Source: Bdellovibrionales bacterium (GTDB lineage Bacteria; Bdellovibrionota; UBA1018; CAIMNF01). From it: DNA of 64,000 bases. The stretch is from positions 397,850-461,849 of the forward strand of contig CANNBJ010000002.1 of assembly GCA_947502835.1 (NCBI GenBank). Reading direction: 5' to 3'. Position numbers and translations under genes: made by a program. Below the pieces are notes generated by a model, which did no database searches, was not told where the DNA came from, and was given only the letters and a program-made list of their open reading frames with translations. Below are positions 37,805 to 47,469 of this stretch, in pieces (position 1 is the stretch's first letter; each line of letters starts with the position of its first letter).

Positions 37805-39073
37805 GTGTCAAAAAAAGATTTGATCGTCGGTTTGGATATCGGCACCACCAAGGTGGTTTGCATTGTCGGAGAGGTTCATCCCTTTGTTCAAGGTGAAGAA
37901 ACCAAGATCGATATCATCGGATTCGGCCAGTCTCCTTCCACAGGATTGCGCAAAGGCGTCGTCATCAATATTGATTCAACGGTTGAGGCGATTCGAAAAG
38001 CGGTAAAAGAAGCCGAAAACATGGCTGGAATCAAAATCAGTTCCGCTTATGTGGGGATTGCAGGCACGCACATCAAGTCCTTCAACTCCTCAGGAGTGGT
38101 CGCAGTCAAGGACAAGGAAATCACGGAACAGGATGTGCAGCGTGTGATTGAGGCCGCCCAGGCGATCGTGATTCCACAAGACCGTGAAGTGCTTCATGTG
38201 ATTCCCCAGGAGTTCATCATTGATGATCAGGATGGAATCCGCGATCCGGTCGGAATGAACGGTGTTCGCCTTGAAGCCAAGGTTCATGTGGTTACCGGTG
38301 CCATATCGACTGCCCAAAATCTCATCAAATGCGCGAATCGAGCTGGAATTCAAGTGACCAAGCTCTGCCTTCAGCCCATTGCGTCGAGTGCAGCGGTTCT
38401 CAGCAATGACGAAAAGGAGCTCGGTGTTGCTCTTGTGGATATCGGTGGTGGGACTACCGATATCGCGATCTTCCGTGAAGGTGCTCTTCTTCATACGGGA
38501 GTTCTTCCTGTCGGGGGTGTTCACATCACAAACGACATTTCAGTCGGAGTCCGCGCATCCATTGATGCGGCCGAGAAGATCAAAGTGGCCCATGGATGTG
38601 CAATGGCTTCGCTCGTGAAAGACGAGGAGACCATCGAGGTTCCGGCAGTGGGCGAAGGCAAGTCACGTGTGGTATCCAGGAAAATTCTCGCTGAAATCGT
38701 AGAGCCCCGGGTCGAGGAGATTTTTTCACTCATTCAGACCGAGATCACCAAATCGGGATATGCCGATTTGCTTGCGGCCGGAATGGTATTCACCGGCGGA
38801 ACCACACTGTTGCAGGGAATGATCGAGCTTGGTGACTTCTATTTTGAGGTTCCGCTGAAGCGCGGAGTTCCGATCCGTCTTGGCGGCCTCAAGGAGGTCG
38901 TAAATTCCCCGAAATTCTCAACCGCGGTTGGTTTGCTCAAATATGGAGCCGACCAAATGAGCCGTGGCCATCAGGCGTCCCATTCGATCATCGGGGACAC
39001 TTTGATGGGAGAAGACGGAATTGTGGGCAAGATTGGGGGCCAGATGAAAACCTGGTTCAAGGATTTGTTCTGA
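37805..39073 (+). CDS. ftsA: cell division protein FtsA
   Basis: Actin-like ATPase (LIVGLDIGTTKVVCIVGEV, DIGGGTTDIAIF). The likely GTG start at 37805 follows a GGAGGAGGG RBS. Confidence 0.9.
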   Translation: MSKKDLIVGLDIGTTKVVCIVGEVHPFVQGEETKIDIIGFGQSPSTGLRKGVVINIDSTVEAIRKAVKEAENMAGIKISSAYVGIAGTHIKSFNSSGVVAVKDKEITEQDVQRVIEAAQAIVIPQDREVLHVIPQEFIIDDQDGIRDPVGMNGVRLEAKVHVVTGAISTAQNLIKCANRAGIQVTKLCLQPIASSAAVLSNDEKELGVALVDIGGGTTDIAIFREGALLHTGVLPVGGVHITNDISVGVRASIDAAEKIKVAHGCAMASLVKDEETIEVPAVGEGKSRVVSRKILAEIVEPRVEEIFSLIQTEITKSGYADLLAAGMVFTGGTTLLQGMIELGDFYFEVPLKRGVPIRLGGLKEVVNSPKFSTAVGLLKYGADQMSRGHQASHSIIGDTLMGEDGIVGKIGGQMKTWFKDLF

Positions 39074-39112
39074 AAATTTTCGAAAACAACTAACACAAGG
39101 AGGCGTAGTACT

Positions 39113-40453
39113 ATGTTCGAAATTCAAGAAGAGAAAACACTGGGAGCAAAAATCAAGGTAGTCGGAGTGGGTGGCGGCGGCTGTAACGCGGTCAATACCA
39201 TGATCCGCGCAGGCCTGAGTGGAGTCGAGTTCATCGCTGCCAATACAGACAAGCAAGTGCTCGAGAGTGTTCTTGCTCCGCATAAAATTGCAATCGGTCA
39301 AGAGCTGACCCGTGGACTTGGCGCGGGTGCGAATCCGGATGTCGGCCGTAAGGCAGCCCTCGAGGATTACGCTCAGATTTCTGAATTGCTCACGGGTTCG
39401 GACATGGTGTTCATCACGGCAGGGATGGGCGGTGGAACCGGAACCGGAGCAGCCCCGGTTTTCGCGAAGATCGCAAAAGAAGTGGGTGCCCTCACGGTGG
39501 GTGTTGTGACCAAGCCGTTCCTGTTTGAGGGTAAAAAGCGGATGAAGCAGGCTCTTGAAGGCATCAATCAGCTTCGCGAGAGCGTGGATTCCTTGATTAT
39601 TATTCCGAACAACCGTCTTCTGAACATCTCGGGAGCATCGCTTTCGATGATGCAGGCGTTTGGAAAAGCCGATGAAGTGCTCCTGAACGCGGTTCAGGGG
39701 ATCTCGGATCTCATCAATCACACAGGCTACATCAACAGCGACTTTGCCGACGTCCGCACCATCATGGAGAATAAGGGGCTTGCTCTCATGGGGATCGGAT
39801 TCGGTCAGGGAGATCACCGCGCGGTGGAAGCTGCGACCTCGGCGATCAGCTCGCCCCTCCTCGAGGACATCTCCATCAACGGAGCAACCGGGATCATCAT
39901 CAATATCACCGGTGGTTCGAACCTTACCCTTCACGAGGTCAATGAAGCGACATCCATCATTCAGGAAGCAGCCGATGAAGATGCTCAAATCATTTTCGGA
40001 ACCGTGATCGATGAGGCATTGAACGACAAGGTGAAGGTCACTGTGATTGCTACGGGACTCGGGTGTGATGCTTCCGCGCTTCTGACCGAGATGAAGAATG
40101 CGAATCCAGTTCGCGCCAATACGCCTCCTCCTGTACCAAGCCAGGTGAATCAGGCGATTCAAACTCTGAATGATTCTTCTGCCAATAAGAATCAGGTGAA
40201 TCAGGAGACCCAGCAAAATGCGAATCAGCTGAATCAGTTGAGCTCAGCCGCGGCGCCGAACGCCAACAATGCTGGTTCTTCGAATTCTGGAATGAATGGG
40301 AATCAGAATTCCAATTCGGCGGGTGCCGAATCCCCCGAGCTCGCACGGGCCCGGGAGATCGCAAAGCGCCTCGGGATGATCAATCAGGACGGGCAGGATT
40401 TCGATGTTCCGGCTTTCATGAGGCGCGGATCGGAAAACACAAATAACGCCTGA
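39113..40453 (+). CDS. ftsZ: cell division GTPase FtsZ
   Basis: GGGTGTG tubulin signature. A long N/Q-rich linker precedes the conserved C-terminal peptide [10 protein letters not shown]. Confidence 0.95.
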   Translation: MFEIQEEKTLGAKIKVVGVGGGGCNAVNTMIRAGLSGVEFIAANTDKQVLESVLAPHKIAIGQELTRGLGAGANPDVGRKAALEDYAQISELLTGSDMVFITAGMGGGTGTGAAPVFAKIAKEVGALTVGVVTKPFLFEGKKRMKQALEGINQLRESVDSLIIIPNNRLLNISGASLSMMQAFGKADEVLLNAVQGISDLINHTGYINSDFADVRTIMENKGLALMGIGFGQGDHRAVEAATSAISSPLLEDISINGATGIIINITGGSNLTLHEVNEATSIIQEAADEDAQIIFGTVIDEALNDKVKVTVIATGLGCDASALLTEMKNANPVRANTPPPVPSQVNQAIQTLNDSSANKNQVNQETQQNANQLNQLSSAAAPNANNAGSSNSGMNGNQNSNSAGAESPELARAREIAKRLGMINQDGQDFDVPAFMRRGSENTNNA

Positions 40454-40478
40454 TTTCCGAAAATAGGGTAGTGTGACG

Positions 40479-40512
40479 AGTGCCCCGGTGAGTTTCATCG
40501 GGGCACTTTTTT
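40479..40512 (+). terminator. rho-independent terminator downstream of ftsZ
   Basis: 9-bp GC-rich stem AGTGCCCCG / CGGGGCACT with an 11-nt loop, followed by TTTTTT. Confidence 0.6.
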
Positions 40513-40527
40513 ATGGGGAGGTCCAAG

Positions 40528-41415
40528 ATGAGTAAACTCAGCCCGGGCGCGACGTTTCTTTCTCAAAAACTGAAATCCACTACCCAAGCGATCCCGGCAT
40601 TCCATGTGGTGCTCGGTTCCGGCTTCAAGGACTCCATTGTGGATGGAGGTCTCCCCGATTCTTTTCGTGTGTGTGGCGAGCTCGATTTCAAAGAGGTTCC
40701 CGGCCTCCACTCTTCCACGGCGCCGGGACATACTGGAAAATATGTATTCGTGGAGCACCAGAAGTCGGGCAGGGCCGGAATTCTTCAGGTGGGTCGGCTC
40801 CATGGATATGAAGGGCTAGACCCGCGTGAGGTGGTTCAGACGGTCATGATCAGCCGGGAGCTCGGAGTGAAGGACTATTTTCTCACCAATGCAGCGGGAG
40901 GAATGGATCCCGCCCACCGGGTCGGAGATGTCATGGTGATTGCGGATCAGATCAACCTTACGGGCCGCAACCCGCTCTATGGGCCAAATCCTTCCAAACC
41001 GGATGGTACGGAGTGGGGCCCGAGGTTTCAGGATTTGACCCTGCTCTTTGACGCACGCATTCGGGAATCCCTTCGTGGGATGCTGGAGGGGCAAGCTCTT
41101 CGGGTGCACGAGGGCGTGTATATGGGGGTTCAGGGACCTGCATTCGAAACCCCGGCGGAAATTCGTTTTTTTCAGCGGGTCGGATGCCACGCGGTGGGAA
41201 TGTCCACGGTCTGGGAGACGGTGGCGCTGAAACATTCGGGAGCAAGGGTTTGCGGGATCTCGCTCATCAGCAACCTGGCCGCAGGAATGGCTCTTGGAGC
41301 TGATGGAAAGCCGGAGGAGCTGGATCATTTTGCCATTCTGGATGCCTGCAAGGCTTCATCCCGTGCGATTCTCCGTGCGATCCTTTTGACCGTGGAGAGT
41401 CTCCCCGCGCATTGA
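40528..41415 (+). CDS. purine nucleoside phosphorylase (PNP/MTAP family I)
   Basis: PNP-family motifs (VVLGSGF, TAPGHTGK, GMSTVWE). A GGGGAGG RBS lies 6 nt upstream of the ATG. Confidence 0.85.
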   Translation: MSKLSPGATFLSQKLKSTTQAIPAFHVVLGSGFKDSIVDGGLPDSFRVCGELDFKEVPGLHSSTAPGHTGKYVFVEHQKSGRAGILQVGRLHGYEGLDPREVVQTVMISRELGVKDYFLTNAAGGMDPAHRVGDVMVIADQINLTGRNPLYGPNPSKPDGTEWGPRFQDLTLLFDARIRESLRGMLEGQALRVHEGVYMGVQGPAFETPAEIRFFQRVGCHAVGMSTVWETVALKHSGARVCGISLISNLAAGMALGADGKPEELDHFAILDACKASSRAILRAILLTVESLPAH

Positions 41416-41583
41416 TTGCCGAGCAGTGCAACGAGTATTGTTGATGTATCGCGATTGAACGAATGTTCAGGATTTATACGGATCTTTTGAGTTGTCCATG
41501 GTGGATTCACGCCCAAAACCCCCTTCCGGGCGGCCTTGGCCTCATGGCATTCAACTTGCTCTACTCCAGATACGGAGATGTTT

Positions 41584-42066
41584 ATGATGAGTTTCATGAA
41601 TAAAAAGGGTTCACTTTTTTCAGCGCTGGTACCTGCTTTCCTTTTGGTCGGGTGTGGAATGATGGGCCTTTCCGGAAGTTACAACGTCACCCAACAGGGC
41701 GGGCAGTTTCAGCAGAATCCGGCGTGTTCCCAGATCATGCTTTCCATCAACCAGAGCGGGAATCAAATTTCAGGTCAGGGACAGAATCAATGTTTCACCC
41801 AGACCCTTCAGGGAACCTCGGCCAATAACGGACAGGCGAATGTCACCCTCACGCTCATGCCCTCCGGCTCCGGCCAAACAAATTGGATGAACTCCCCGGG
41901 CAATACGTACAACCCCTACAACAGTGGCTTCCAGAACATGGGGGGCATGGGGTGCACCTACCAAGGAATGTTGATCATTTCGGGAAACACGATTTCCGGA
42001 AGTTTGAATCCGACCGGAAACTGCATGAATCAGGGGATGATTACCCTGAACGGCACCCGAATTTGA
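41584..42066 (+). CDS. Q/N/G-rich lipoprotein
   Basis: Lipobox LLVGC, a low-complexity Q/N/G/S-rich mature region, and 6 conserved-looking Cys. Confidence 0.45.
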   Translation: MMSFMNKKGSLFSALVPAFLLVGCGMMGLSGSYNVTQQGGQFQQNPACSQIMLSINQSGNQISGQGQNQCFTQTLQGTSANNGQANVTLTLMPSGSGQTNWMNSPGNTYNPYNSGFQNMGGMGCTYQGMLIISGNTISGSLNPTGNCMNQGMITLNGTRI

Positions 42067-42081
42067 TGCTATGATCCGGAA

Positions 42082-43365
42082 ATGATCCGGATTCCAACGC
42101 TTCCCTCAGCCGAACAATCTTTTTTCTACCGGAATGGACGTCTCACGGTGGATGGAGTCGCTCTGGATGACCTCGTGGAGAGGTTCGGATCGCCTCTGTA
42201 CGTCTACTCGGGAGCCAGCATTCGAACGGCCTATGCGGCCATTACCCAATCCTTGCGAGGGCTCCCTCTTCAAGTTTGTTATGCGGTGAAGGCGAATTCA
42301 AATCTCCATATTTTGAAATTGCTGTCGAGCCTTGGTGCCGGCTGTGATCTTGTCTCCTATGGAGAGTGGCGTCGAGCCGAATTGGCCAAAGTTCCGCAAG
42401 GGCGGAGGGTTTTGTCCGGGGTGGCCAAAACCGCAAAAGAACTCGAGGCTCTTTTCAAGCACAAATTCGCCGGGGTTTATTCGATCCACGTGGAATCCGC
42501 GATGGAATTCGAACTGATCATCCTGATGGCCAATGCCTTGAAGCGGGAGGTGAGGGTCGCGTTCCGATACAATCCGGACGTGGATGCGAGAACCCTGGAT
42601 AAAATCTCAACCGGACGCAAGAAAGACAAGTTCGGACTCACGCGCGAGGAGATCCTCGATCTCGCAATCACCTATGGAGATGATGACTTTGTCAGGATCG
42701 AGGGACTCAGCATCCACATTGGCAGTCAGATCACAAACCTGAAACCCTATGATCATGCCTTTGAAAGACTTGCCGATTTGAAAACAGAGCTCGAATCCCA
42801 TCTGGGCAGGGCGCTGTCCTATGTCGATCTGGGAGGCGGGATCGGGGTCCGGTATCGGGATGAACATCCCATTTCTTTGGCGCGGTACGCGAGCCTCGTG
42901 AAGAAGCATTTCAGGAAAGTACCGAGAATCCTGATCGAGCCCGGGCGAAGTCTGCTTGCGAGTGCGGGAGCCTTGGTCAGCGAAGTTGTGTATTCCAAAG
43001 AGCGTGGAGCCAATCGTACCGTAATTCTCGATGCCGGGATGAATGATCTCGTGAGGCCCGCACTGTATGATGCGTACCATGAAATCGCCCCGCTGAAGCA
43101 GGATGGTTCAAAACCTGTGAAATGGGATGTGGTCGGTGGAATCTGCGAGAGCACGGACTATTTTGCAAAAAGCCGCATGCTCGCACTTGAGGGACTTCCC
43201 GGTGAGCGTGTTGCCATCCTCTCGAGCGGCGCTTATGGGTTCTCCATGAGCAGCACCTACAACTCCCGTCCGAGAGTGGCTGAGGTATTGGTGGATCGGG
43301 GGAAAGTAAAACTGATCCGAAAGAGAGAGACATTCCAGGACCTCGTAAAACACGAAAATTTTTGA
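42082..43365 (+). CDS. lysA: diaminopimelate decarboxylase
   Basis: PLP-dependent fold III decarboxylase (CYAVKANSN, GGGIG, ...EPGR). Confidence 0.9.
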   Translation: MIRIPTLPSAEQSFFYRNGRLTVDGVALDDLVERFGSPLYVYSGASIRTAYAAITQSLRGLPLQVCYAVKANSNLHILKLLSSLGAGCDLVSYGEWRRAELAKVPQGRRVLSGVAKTAKELEALFKHKFAGVYSIHVESAMEFELIILMANALKREVRVAFRYNPDVDARTLDKISTGRKKDKFGLTREEILDLAITYGDDDFVRIEGLSIHIGSQITNLKPYDHAFERLADLKTELESHLGRALSYVDLGGGIGVRYRDEHPISLARYASLVKKHFRKVPRILIEPGRSLLASAGALVSEVVYSKERGANRTVILDAGMNDLVRPALYDAYHEIAPLKQDGSKPVKWDVVGGICESTDYFAKSRMLALEGLPGERVAILSSGAYGFSMSSTYNSRPRVAEVLVDRGKVKLIRKRETFQDLVKHENF

Positions 43366-43383
43366 GTTGAGTGGGTGCGCGCG

Positions 43384-43403
43384 GAGGGACTTGCCCAAGC
43401 TCC
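43384..43403 (-). repeat. 20-nt direct repeat of the tRNA-Leu 3' end (possible att-site remnant)
   Basis: GGTGCGCGCGGAGGGACTTG at 43384..43403 is identical to 43533..43552, which is the 3' acceptor/T-arm of the adjacent tRNA-Leu. The repeat lies 3' of the tRNA. Confidence 0.6.
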
Positions 43404-43531
43404 AAGAACTCCATCCTTTTCAAGTTCCCTTTTTAGGAAATTGAGCAAGGTGAGCGAGCGAGATGTATGTGAGAATACTTCGAGCGAGCGAATCCGAAGC
43501 GAGATGATGTAAAAAGGGAATTTCAAAAGAA

Positions 43532-43616
43532 TGGTGCGCGCGGAGGGACTTGAACCCCCACACCTTACGGCACCAGATCCTAAGTCTGGCGTGTCTGCCA
43601 ATTTCACCACGCGCGC
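43532..43616 (-). tRNA. tRNA-Leu (anticodon TAG)
   Basis: 85-nt type II tRNA with acceptor GCGCGCG/CGCGCGC, anticodon loop CTTAGGA, a long variable arm, and an encoded CCA. Confidence 0.8.
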
Positions 43617-43685
43617 ACGAAGAGATGTCCCACACTTTAATCTGTCACATCTTCAAAATCCAGTGTAAAAATGAACCCTTGAATC

Positions 43686-44621
43686 ATGAAAACCCTCTTC
43701 GGTTCGGCACAATCGAACAGTGAATTCACGGCTGGATCCGTCGTTGCCATCGGCAATTTTGACGGGATCCACCTGGGGCACCAGTCCATCCTTGAGACAG
43801 CCAGGGAGCATGCTCGTGAGCTCCATTTGCCCCTGGTGGTGTATACCTTCAATCCACATCCGACCCTCGAGCTGAAACCGCAATCCAATCTCAAGCTTCT
43901 GATGACCTACGAGGAAAAACGCGAGCTTCTCCCTGGATTTGGGGTGGATTATTGCGTTGAAGAACGATTTGATTCGGCATTTGCGGCACTCGGAGCGCGC
44001 GAATTTTTTGAGCAGGTGCTTCTTGCCTCGCTTCACGCAAAAGTGATTGTGGTGGGTGACAACTTCACCTTCGGTCGGAAACGCGAAGGTTCCATTCCTG
44101 TGCTCCGTGAGTTTTGCCATGATGCCTCGGTCACTCTTTGCGCCATCCCGCCGCTCGAGTGGGACGGCGGCGTAATCTCAAGCTCCAGGATTCGGGAATG
44201 CCTGGCCCAAGGCCGGGTTTCAGAAGCTGAAAAAATGCTCGGTAGGCCGTTTTTTTATCGATCCGAGGTGATTCACGGCGATAAGCGCGGAAGGACTTTG
44301 GGGTTTCCGACGGCAAATATGAAGTGTCAGGAAAAGTTCCCTCTCAGGACAGGGGTCTATGCCACGTCAGTGCTTTGGCATGGTTCCCTTTACCCGAGTG
44401 TGACGAATGTCGGTGTGCGTCCCACCTTCGATTCCATGGATCTGAGAGTGGAAACCCATATCCTCGACCAGAGCTTCGAATTGTACGGAGAGCACCTCGA
44501 GGTGAGGTTTCATGAACACATTCGCGAGGAGCGGAAGTTCGCCTCGATTGCAGACCTCACGGCTCAAATTGCGAGCGATACCATTTTGGCGCGGAAGCTC
44601 TTAAGTTCTCGGAATTTTTAA
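43686..44621 (+). CDS. ribF: bifunctional riboflavin kinase/FMN adenylyltransferase
   Basis: AIGNFDGIHLGHQSIL adenylyltransferase motif plus a C-terminal riboflavin kinase domain. Confidence 0.9.
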   Translation: MKTLFGSAQSNSEFTAGSVVAIGNFDGIHLGHQSILETAREHARELHLPLVVYTFNPHPTLELKPQSNLKLLMTYEEKRELLPGFGVDYCVEERFDSAFAALGAREFFEQVLLASLHAKVIVVGDNFTFGRKREGSIPVLREFCHDASVTLCAIPPLEWDGGVISSSRIRECLAQGRVSEAEKMLGRPFFYRSEVIHGDKRGRTLGFPTANMKCQEKFPLRTGVYATSVLWHGSLYPSVTNVGVRPTFDSMDLRVETHILDQSFELYGEHLEVRFHEHIREERKFASIADLTAQIASDTILARKLLSSRNF

Positions 44622-44663
44622 ATATATTTGCTCTTCCCCGGGACTTCCTCCAAAATTGGAGAT

Positions 44664-46373
44664 ATGTCTCGAAAACTCGTCGAGCTTTTATACAAAGAGC
44701 GACTCATCACCCAGTCCCAGTACTCTGAAGCCGAAGTGATCTTCAGGTCAAACGGGGATGCCATCCGGCAGTTCATTGAACGAAAGCAACTCTCGGAGAG
44801 CAAGCTGCTTCAGTTCCTCGCGCAAAAATTCTCGATGACAGCACTTCCGAATCTGACCAAGTTCGAGATCAAGCCGGACATCATTGCCATGGTCAATCCC
44901 GATCTCGCGCGAAAATCTCAATGCATCCCCATCCGGTACGACCGCGGGATCCTTGTGGTTGCGATCCCCGATCCGACCCAGATCAACCTTCTCGATGATC
45001 TGCGCTTTGCCACCAAACTGAACGTGGAGGCGGTGCTTACGGGCTTCGCCTCGTTTGATCTTTGTTTCATGAAGCATTATGCCGGAACCCAGACCATGGG
45101 CCGGGCGCTTGAGCAATTCAAGAAGGATGCGCAGATCGCAGGAAACAAGGAAGAATCCATTCAATTCATCGACCAGCACCAGGTGCACGAAGTCGGGTCG
45201 GATTCCGCCGAGGATGCTCCGATCATTTCCGTTGTGAACGGAATCCTCACCGAAGCTGTCCGCCTCGGCGCGAGTGACATTCACGTCGAACCCTACGAGA
45301 AAGACTTCCGGGTGCGCTTCCGGATGGATGGAACCCTGGTCGACATCACCCACATTCCGATGGAAATGAGGCGCGCAGTTGTTGCACGTCTCAAGATCAT
45401 GTCCAGGATGGACATCGGGGAATCCCGAGTGCCTCAGGATGGCAGGATCAAGATCAAGATTGGAATCAAGGAGGTCGACTTCCGGGTGAATTCTCTTCCG
45501 ACTCTCTTTGGCGAGAAGGTGGTTCTCCGGATTCTCTCGAAAGGAAACCTGAAGCTTGATTTGCGCACACTCGGGTTTGAGGAAGCACAGCTTGAGATTT
45601 TTCGGCGCGGAATCGCGCAGCCAAACGGAATGGTCCTGGTGACCGGACCGACCGGAAGTGGAAAAACCACCACTCTTTATTCCGCACTCATGGAGTTGAA
45701 CAAGGTCAGTGACAACCTCTCGACCGTGGAAGATCCGGTGGAATACAACCTGGAGGGAATCAATCAAGTCCAGGTGAACAAGGACATTGGTCTCAGTTTT
45801 GCAGCAGTACTGAGAGCCCTCCTTCGTCAGGACCCGGATACGGTGCTGGTCGGAGAGATTCGGGACTTTGAGACGGGCGAGGTTGCCGTACAGGCGGCAC
45901 TGACAGGGCACCTGGTTCTGTCGACTCTTCATACAAACGACACAGTTTCCACCATCACCCGGATGGTGAACATGGGGATTGAGCCGTTTCTCGTGACGGC
46001 ATCTGTGAACACCATCGTTGCACAGCGCCTCCTTCGAACCCTTTGCAAGGCGTGTCGGCAGCAAGTGAAGGTTCCAGCCGAGAAGATCGATGGTCTCGGC
46101 ATTTCGAAAATCGCGAGCTCCGGCAGTTTCTTCCAGTCGAAGGGATGCAAGGAATGCAACATGACCGGCTACAAGGGCCGTGTTGCCATTTACGAGGTTC
46201 TCGAGTTCCATTCGGATCTGAAGGAGATGGTATTGGCGGGGAATACGGCCATTGAAATCAAGAGGGCTGCGATCCAGAACTTCGGATTGCAGACGCTCAG
46301 GGTTTCAGCACTGAAGAAAGCAATGTCGGGACTCACTTCCATTGAAGAAGCCGTGTCGATGACGAGTGAATAG
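44664..46373 (+). CDS. pilB: type IV pilus assembly ATPase PilB (GspE family)
   Basis: T2SSE_N domain, Walker A GPTGSGKTT, Asp/His boxes, and a tetracysteine motif (CKACRQ...CKECNMTGY). Followed directly by pilT and pilC. Confidence 0.9.
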   Translation: MSRKLVELLYKERLITQSQYSEAEVIFRSNGDAIRQFIERKQLSESKLLQFLAQKFSMTALPNLTKFEIKPDIIAMVNPDLARKSQCIPIRYDRGILVVAIPDPTQINLLDDLRFATKLNVEAVLTGFASFDLCFMKHYAGTQTMGRALEQFKKDAQIAGNKEESIQFIDQHQVHEVGSDSAEDAPIISVVNGILTEAVRLGASDIHVEPYEKDFRVRFRMDGTLVDITHIPMEMRRAVVARLKIMSRMDIGESRVPQDGRIKIKIGIKEVDFRVNSLPTLFGEKVVLRILSKGNLKLDLRTLGFEEAQLEIFRRGIAQPNGMVLVTGPTGSGKTTTLYSALMELNKVSDNLSTVEDPVEYNLEGINQVQVNKDIGLSFAAVLRALLRQDPDTVLVGEIRDFETGEVAVQAALTGHLVLSTLHTNDTVSTITRMVNMGIEPFLVTASVNTIVAQRLLRTLCKACRQQVKVPAEKIDGLGISKIASSGSFFQSKGCKECNMTGYKGRVAIYEVLEFHSDLKEMVLAGNTAIEIKRAAIQNFGLQTLRVSALKKAMSGLTSIEEAVSMTSE

Positions 46374-46396
46374 GGTTTTGCAGGGAGGCAGGAAAA

Positions 46397-47458
46397 ATGG
46401 GAAAACTAACGCTGATTGCATTGCTGAGGGCCATGGTTGAGCAGGATGCATCCGATCTTCACATCACCAATCAAAGTCCTCCCCAGTTCAGGATTCATGG
46501 AAAATTGGCAAAGGCGAAGACGGATCCCCTCACTCCCGAGTCCATCAAGGATCTGGTCTATGAGATTCTGACCGAGTCCCAGAAAAAAACCTTCGAGGCG
46601 AATCACGAACTGGACTTCTCGTTTGGCGTCAAGGATGTCGCTCGATTCAGGGGGAATCTCTTCTTTCAGCGAGGGAGCATGGGCGCGGTCTTCCGGAAGA
46701 TTCCGGTCACGATCCCGGACTTTGATTCGCTTCGTTTGCCTGAAACGATCAAGAAAATCGTACGGCAGCCAAATGGCTTGTTTCTCGTGACCGGACCTAC
46801 GGGATCGGGTAAGTCTACCTCGCTCGCGGCCATCATCGACTTCATCAACCGAGAGGACAATGGGCACATTCTGACAGTTGAGGATCCGATCGAGTTTACC
46901 CATCCGCATCGAAACTGCATCGTGAATCAGCGGGAAGTCGGAACGGATTCACACACATTCCATGATGCCTTAAAGCACGCGCTTCGCCAGGACCCGGACT
47001 TCATTCTGGTCGGGGAATTGCGGGATCTTGAAACGATCGAGATGGCGCTCACCGCCGCCGAAACCGGCCATATGGTTTTTGCGACCATGCACACCAATAG
47101 CGCGGTTCAGACGATTGCGAGGGTTGTGAACGTGTTTCCACCGCACCAACAGGCCCAGATCCGACAGCTTCTCGCTGCGACCCTGGCAGGAGTGATGACC
47201 CAGCAGCTGGTTCCGAATTCGGGAAGGCCCGGTCGTTCGGCAGCCTATGAGCTCATGGTGCCGACTCTTGCGATTCGAAATCTCATCCGCGAGGACAAGA
47301 TGCATCAGGTGTACGGGGTGATGCAATCAGGACAAGCCGGCACAGGAATGCAAACGATGAATCAGGCCCTTGCGGATCTGGTTCGAAAAGGAAACCTTAC
47401 CAAAGCCGATGCGATGGGATACAGCCTTCTCCCAGAAGAGCTCATGAAGATGGTATGA
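46397..47458 (+). CDS. pilT: twitching motility ATPase PilT
   Basis: GPTGSGKST Walker A and the PilT-specific AIRNLIRE motif. 353 aa. Confidence 0.93.
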   Translation: MGKLTLIALLRAMVEQDASDLHITNQSPPQFRIHGKLAKAKTDPLTPESIKDLVYEILTESQKKTFEANHELDFSFGVKDVARFRGNLFFQRGSMGAVFRKIPVTIPDFDSLRLPETIKKIVRQPNGLFLVTGPTGSGKSTSLAAIIDFINREDNGHILTVEDPIEFTHPHRNCIVNQREVGTDSHTFHDALKHALRQDPDFILVGELRDLETIEMALTAAETGHMVFATMHTNSAVQTIARVVNVFPPHQQAQIRQLLAATLAGVMTQQLVPNSGRPGRSAAYELMVPTLAIRNLIREDKMHQVYGVMQSGQAGTGMQTMNQALADLVRKGNLTKADAMGYSLLPEELMKMV

Positions 47459-47469
47459 GGAACGAGTGA

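Noticed and set aside
38918-40216. 432-aa ORF antisense to ftsZ. Similar long antisense ORFs lie opposite pilB (44748..46211), accC (59977..61323), PfkB (19623..21134), lon (10049..10531) and acs (28176..29804).
   Set aside because: Each overlaps a gene with unambiguous conserved motifs on the other strand. The translations are Arg/Pro/Gly-rich with no domain signatures. These are typical GC-rich stop-codon-poor antisense frames.
43257-43610. 117-aa ORF (MVKLADTPDLGSGAVR...) overlapping tRNA-Leu.
   Set aside because: This is the classic artefactual translation across a tRNA gene. There is no RBS and no coding pattern.
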